From NCBI RefSeq assembly GCF_964355755.1, contig NC_092675.1:7001812-7065811 (forward strand): a stretch of DNA of 64,000 nucleotides, in the 5' to 3' direction. Made by a program: the position numbers and the translations under genes. The notes under the pieces are model-generated. The model had not been told where the DNA came from. It saw only the letters and a list, made by a program, of their open reading frames with translations, and made no database searches. Below, piece by piece: positions 59,401 through 64,000 of this stretch. The stretch is from Antedon mediterranea. Its lineage: Eukaryota > Animalia > Echinodermata. Numbering within the stretch: position 1 is the first letter of the stretch; the number at the start of each line of letters is the position of its first letter.

Positions 59401-62400
59401 TAGTATACACAGTCTAATCTGTATCCATATCACATACAGTGTAGAATAGGTGAAATTACGGGACCCGCTATTTATTGCAATTTTTAACATGTTGACGGTT
59501 TTAAAATGAAACGCGAAGGTAGCAATTCTGAAAGTAAATTATCTCAGCAACAACGTATTAGCGTGTAGAAGAAATTTGAATACGTGAAATATTGATGCGC
59601 GCTCTTTTAAATGTAATGAATTATGACGCAAAAGATGAAAATACGACCTTTTTTATTTAACTGGCCATATGATGACGTCACAACATCCGATTGGCAACAT
59701 TTTAACATAATTTCGTATCTACAATCCAATAGCTTCCAGAAAAAGTTTTAATCGTGATTATCACATTTTATTCTTACGAGCTATAACAGATTAAAATTTA
59801 CTGTAAAGATGAAATTGATGCCACACGTGATTTCAATTTTTAGGCATGATGACGTCATAAAAATTAAAATATTTTTCACTCATGCGAAAGATAGTTGATT
59901 GACCTAGACAATATCAAAATCGGGGTGAAAATGGAAAACGCATAAGTGGAGATGCGCTCTATTCAATGTGATGAGCTATGACGAAAGATACAAAAATCCT
60001 AAATTTTATATTCGCGTGGCCATACGATGACGTCACAATGTCCGGTTAGCCATATTAATACCTGATCCGATATCTACAACTCATCTACTTCCAGAATATG
60101 CCATCCACAAAAAGTTGACCGTTTAGTTTAGAAATTACGACTGTTTAAAAAAAGGCATATTTTAAACGAATTTTTTAACCTTTTCATAAAAAACGCGCGC
60201 AAATTGTCCAATTCGACGTGCTCGTATGACGTATCTTTAAGTCGAAATTGTTAAAAATTTGGTAAAATTACATGAAAAGGCTGGAAAAACATAAATCACG
60301 CGAAAAAAATACGTTTTCAATGCTACGTGCGCACCGCACACGTAAAAATGTGCGCACGCGTGGGAATTTTTTACATGCTTAAAACGACATGAAACGCGTA
60401 GAAAGTTGATTATAAATTAGTTTCGCGCATTTTGAAATTTTAAATGCACGTGCGCGCGTAACTTTGTGTAAAACACGCAATTTTTTTTCAACAGAAAGTT
60501 AGCGCATGATATAAATTAAACTTTTGCAAAGTTTCAAGTTGAAATGTTATTTGGTTTTCGACATATGTTAAATACGAGAAAATCGTTAAATCGCGCGTAC
60601 GTCACGTTGCGCAATTGTAAACATCATGAAAAGCTTCGCTTGACGACGTTACATAAATGTCAAAATGTTAACATAGTTAACAAAATGTTATGTTTGCAAG
60701 TTTCAGAGAAAAGCGTTACACAAAAATCATACAGAAAGAAAGAAGAAGAATAAAAAGTTGATGATGATGATGATGATTTCGTACAATCACAAGAGGTTAT
60801 CCTGCAACTTCGTTGCGGATAACCAAAAAATAAAAATTATGTATAAACCGTGATTGTGAAAGTTTGATTTTGTTGTTGTTTGGTTTTGACAAAATTACAG
60901 TCCAATCTATGAAGCAAATTTAGGTTAACAAGTAGCACGAGAAGTATATTTGTTAAAATCCAATTAGGGTAGGTAAGAAAAATAACACTTTCAGGGACCT
61001 ATAGTTTTCTTGTAATGTGTTTAAATTACTGTAGGCTGGGTGAAAATCAAAGAAATCTACTAATAGTAATAACTATAAAGTATAGACTGGAAATGAAAAA
61101 GGGTACCTTGCTCACATCCACACAGTACAGTTACATCTTTGCATGACTATATATACAGTAGTATAATAAAATATGGAATTATGTTAAAATGTCATTGCAA
61201 ACATGATATTAATAGTGATGCAGAAAATTATAAATTGTCTAAAGCTCTGTCTTCACTATCAAACTATTTTGACCAAAAAAAGTGTGATGTACCCAAATAT
61301 GGTAGTGATATACCCAAATATGGAAGTGATATGACATCATCATGTCCATATATGGCCATACCACATAAAGTAATGTAGACAGAGCTTAAATGTACCAAGT
61401 TTCATTGAAAAATCTGGATTTGAGTATACTAAGTATTATCATTCTCCCTTTTCTTTGTTTGATTGATCTTACTATTTAAAGCTGTAACAGTTAATAACCA
61501 ATATACTATTGGTCAGCCGTGGTTTTAAGAGAGTTTCTGTATTATATGGAGTCCAGTTTCAGGATACGCGACATGTACCAATATTTACAAAGTGACACCT
61601 ACTAGCAGTCTTATAAAATTAGAACAATAGCTACATCCTTTATTAACTAGGCTTTCCTTAATAGCTAAAGATCATATGAGTGGGAGTATTTATGGCCCTG
61701 GATGAGCATTACTAACAATGGTACAGTTCACTCTTAATAACATTTCATAACATTCTTCTAATATGAATTTCAATATAGGCCTAAATGTTGTCATTTGTAA
61801 AACCTTTAACAATCCTACATTTTTCTAAGTAAAAAGGGATCTAATGTTTGTTTTGCGGAGTAATCCATTAATGTCTAACCATTTACAGTATATTATGCAC
61901 TTGTCAATTGTATGACCCACTATACGACCCCCGGGAGTGGTGCCTCATTTACAAATAATTACTGACGGGGCGAGTCAAAAAACCTAGATGGTACGTCAAA
62001 TCAATGACCAATGGTGTTTCAATGTCCGTCACTTTACCATACCACCCAAAATATCATAAAAAACATGGTCACAGTGCGTCAAAATGGGTGCGTCATGGTC
62101 ACCTAAAGGTAAGTCACATTATTGACGCATGGGTGCGTCATGGTATTCATAAGGTATGACGCACATCGGACAAATGACGCACCTCTCCCGGGGGTCGTAT
62201 AGTAGGTCATACAATTGTGCATTAGAATAAACTATGTCAATCTATTTCAAATGAACTACAGGTCGTCAACTGACCCTTTTGGGATATCCCTTTATATTTT
62301 TTAATTTTAGGTGCAAAACAGTGTGTTATTATTATTACATTACTGTAGTATGAATGTCCATTGATACTTAGAATTATCACCCATTTTTGCAATTAAAATG

Positions 62401-63058
62401 TGTCATCATTTCTTCATATTCATCTGATTTGTAAATGTAATTAAAAATGGATCTGGTTTTGAATATCCATGAGGTAGCAGTTATTTTTTAAAAACCAAAA
62501 ATTAAATGGGTTTTAAAAAATAACAACTTATGTTATTTCAACATTAATATAAAGAATAATTTTTTTGTTGTTGCAGAAACAATTGGAAAATTGGATGAAA
62601 AGGCAAAGCCTATTTTGAACCTACAAGAGTAAACTGGTAGTGATACAGTAGCCATTTTACATGTGCCTACACACATTATACTCTTGTGTAGAGAGAGGCT
62701 ATTTATTCAGATGAATTGTCTCAGTAGTTTTATTATCATATTATTTATTATTTTAATTAATGAGGTATAATATTCATTAAAGGATATTATTAGAAAAAAT
62801 ACTGACCTACTGTAGTACTACTGTAAATCATTTCTAAACCAATTGTCATCATAAAATCCATAAAATGGATCTGGTTTTGAATATCCGTGAGGTAGCAGTT
62901 ATTTTTTATGAACCAAAAATAAAATGGGTTTTAAAAAATAACAACTAACTTATGTAAATTTAATCTTTGTATAAAAATCAAATTAAAAATATTTTCCCAT
63001 TTACAGTACCTACCTGTCTGTAGAGGGCTTCATAGCCAGTCAAGTTGCTGCCAGCAAC
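44413..63058 (-). CDS. EPS15: EGFR pathway substrate 15 / EPS15-like 1 (3 EH domains, coiled coil, DPF repeats, 2 UIMs); first exon lies beyond the window
   Basis: Exons 63014-63058, 59068-59205, 58322-58417, 57983-58054, 57455-57580, 56713-56772, 55872-56087, 55074-55246, 54206-54377, 53649-53810, 52286-52495, 51549-51698, 50946-51116, 50123-50206, 49461-49554, 48881-49039, 48324-48403, 46903-47343, 44413-44571. EH motifs ([29 protein letters not shown]), many DPF, PALPPK, FADF, and UIMs [12 protein letters not shown] and [13 protein letters not shown]. Confidence 0.95.
44807..44985. mobile_element. Harbinger-like MITE in last EPS15 intron
   Basis: TIRs AGCTTGGTTCCCACTAG / CTAGTGGGAACCACGCT with TWA flanks; AACGC repeats. 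Confidence 0.75.
45477..45856. mobile_element. Family-E MITE (ATAGAG...CTCTAT ends); uninterrupted homolog of 22142-24535, deleted copy at 31178-31348
   Basis: Co-linear reverse-complement match to 22142-22369 plus 24352-24535; TIR ATAGAGTTCTGCGGTG-TGACGTCAC. Confidence 0.8.
47465..47757 (-). mobile_element. tRNA-derived SINE (family S1)
   Basis: Matches 21415-21627 (GAAAGATGTACT...GGACCTACGGTTTATAG...GGCTACGTAATTACGGTTCCACTGTC). Confidence 0.75.
49768..50049. mobile_element. Possible Kolobok-like MITE
   Basis: TTAA|AG...CT|TTAA boundaries with weak TIRs (AGCCCCAGTACC / GGAATGGGACT). Confidence 0.4.
52447..53128 (-). repeat. Five-copy tandem repeat (134-139 bp) spanning an EPS15 intron/exon junction
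   Basis: Units start at 52447, 52581, 52717, 52856, 52993; each holds the first 49 nt of exon 52286-52495 plus its AG acceptor and upstream intron. Confidence 0.95.
54466..54654. mobile_element. hAT-like MITE; related copies ~58815-58970 and ~63860-63990
   Basis: CAGGCCT...AGGCCTG termini with a near 8-bp duplication (ATGTAATC/GTGTAATC); shared GATCGCACTCG core. Confidence 0.6.
59223..60826 (-). mobile_element. Helentron-associated (HINE/DINE-1-like) non-autonomous element, ~1.6 kb
   Basis: One end has the GGTTATCCTGCAACTTCGTTGCGGATAACC hairpin next to (GAA)n/(GAT)n microsatellites. The other has a matching GGTTATCCGC subterminal repeat, an ACTCGTCA-CTT-TGACGAGT hairpin and an AACTAG terminus. 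Interior is CpG-rich. Confidence 0.65.
61905..62217. mobile_element. MITE with ~31-bp TIRs
   Basis: CAATTGTATGACCCACTATACGACCCCCGGGAG / CTCCCGGGGGTCGTATAGTAGGTCATACAATTG. Confidence 0.8.
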
Positions 63059-63590
63059 CTATAAATTAAAAAAAAAGATGCATTTAATAAATGGCAAAAA
63101 AAGAATTTAGTTCTGTACTGTACATCATCACATACTGTATATCTGTACTTTTCATTTTCTAAAACCAACATTATACAAATTGTGGATATTGTTGAAAGTT
63201 TTATGCATGATTTTTCACTCTTTGAACACAAAGGTGCACAGTTTTTTTAAAATAATATTTCAACATTAATATAAAGAATACTTTTTTGTTGTTGCAGAAA
63301 CAATTGGAAAATTGGATGAAAAGGCAAAGCCTATTTTGAACCTACAAGAGTAAACTGGTAGTGATACAGTAGCCATTTTGCATGTGCCTACACACATTAT
63401 ACTCTTGTGTAGAGAGGCTATTTATTCAGATGAATTGTCTATTATCATACTATTTATTATTTTAATTAAAGAGGTATAATATTCATTAAAGGATATTAGA
63501 AAAAATACTGACCTACTGTAGTACTAAACATTTCTTTTGACTGAATAATATGTCATTTCTAAACCAATTGTCATCATAAAATCCATAAAA
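62535..63590. repeat. Direct ~330-bp duplication flanking EPS15 exon 63014-63058
   Basis: 62535-62867 is nearly identical to 63257-63591; 62444-62528 also repeats at 62862-62946. Confidence 0.85.
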
Positions 63591-64000
63591 TGATAAAAAA
63601 AAAAAAGTTTGGTCCAACATTCAGGTGGGGAGATGATGCTAAACAAGGTTTTTTTATGTGGCCTTTCTGAAAATTCCCTCTAGGCTATTCTTTGTTTCAT
63701 AAAGGTTGTAAACGTCATTTCAGGATTGCATTGCCACACACTATTTCCTTGTTTTACTTTCATTATTATTTAAACTTTTGCACACAAACAATTAACAGGT
63801 ATCAGTCAGTTGTTATTACTTTCTTCTGTTTTTTAAATTGAAATTTACATTCACATATTTCAGACCGTGTCTTTTAAGGCGAACGAGTGCGATCACTCAC
63901 CTAACACACTCCTAAACTGCCCTTGAGGAGTGCGTTTTACAACACATTTAAATTTGGTAAACTTCTACACACTATACAAACAGCACACCTAGAGTACAGT

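Overview
AT-rich animal nuclear DNA with spliceosomal introns. It is an invertebrate, plausibly an echinoderm-like deuterostome, though the taxon cannot be fixed from the sequence. Seven protein-coding genes were reconstructed by hand from GT(GC)-AG exon chains: the 3' part of RANBP3 (+), complete GTF3C3/TFIIIC102 (-, 19 exons), R3HDM4 (+, 7 exons), a TRIM-NHL E3 ligase with one large coding exon (+), ISCA1 (-), PET100 (+) and most of EPS15/EPS15L1 (-). GTF3C3/R3HDM4 and ISCA1/PET100 are head-to-head pairs. Introns are dense with non-autonomous mobile elements, often nested: Harbinger-, Tc1/mariner-, Sola2-, Transib- and hAT-like MITEs, a Helitron, Helentron-type elements, a LINE 3' end, a Penelope remnant and tRNA-derived SINEs. 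The most unusual signals are: (i) a 5-copy tandem amplification of an EPS15 3' splice site plus exon start; (ii) 22-bp perfect palindromes with 7-bp target duplications that look like P-superfamily excision footprints; (iii) a MITE with V(D)J RSS-like ends upstream of the TRIM gene; (iv) minimal hammerhead-ribozyme-like motifs; (v) a multi-layer transposon nest. Family assignments come from remembered motifs, not database searches. Most short ORFs in the supplied track are spurious.
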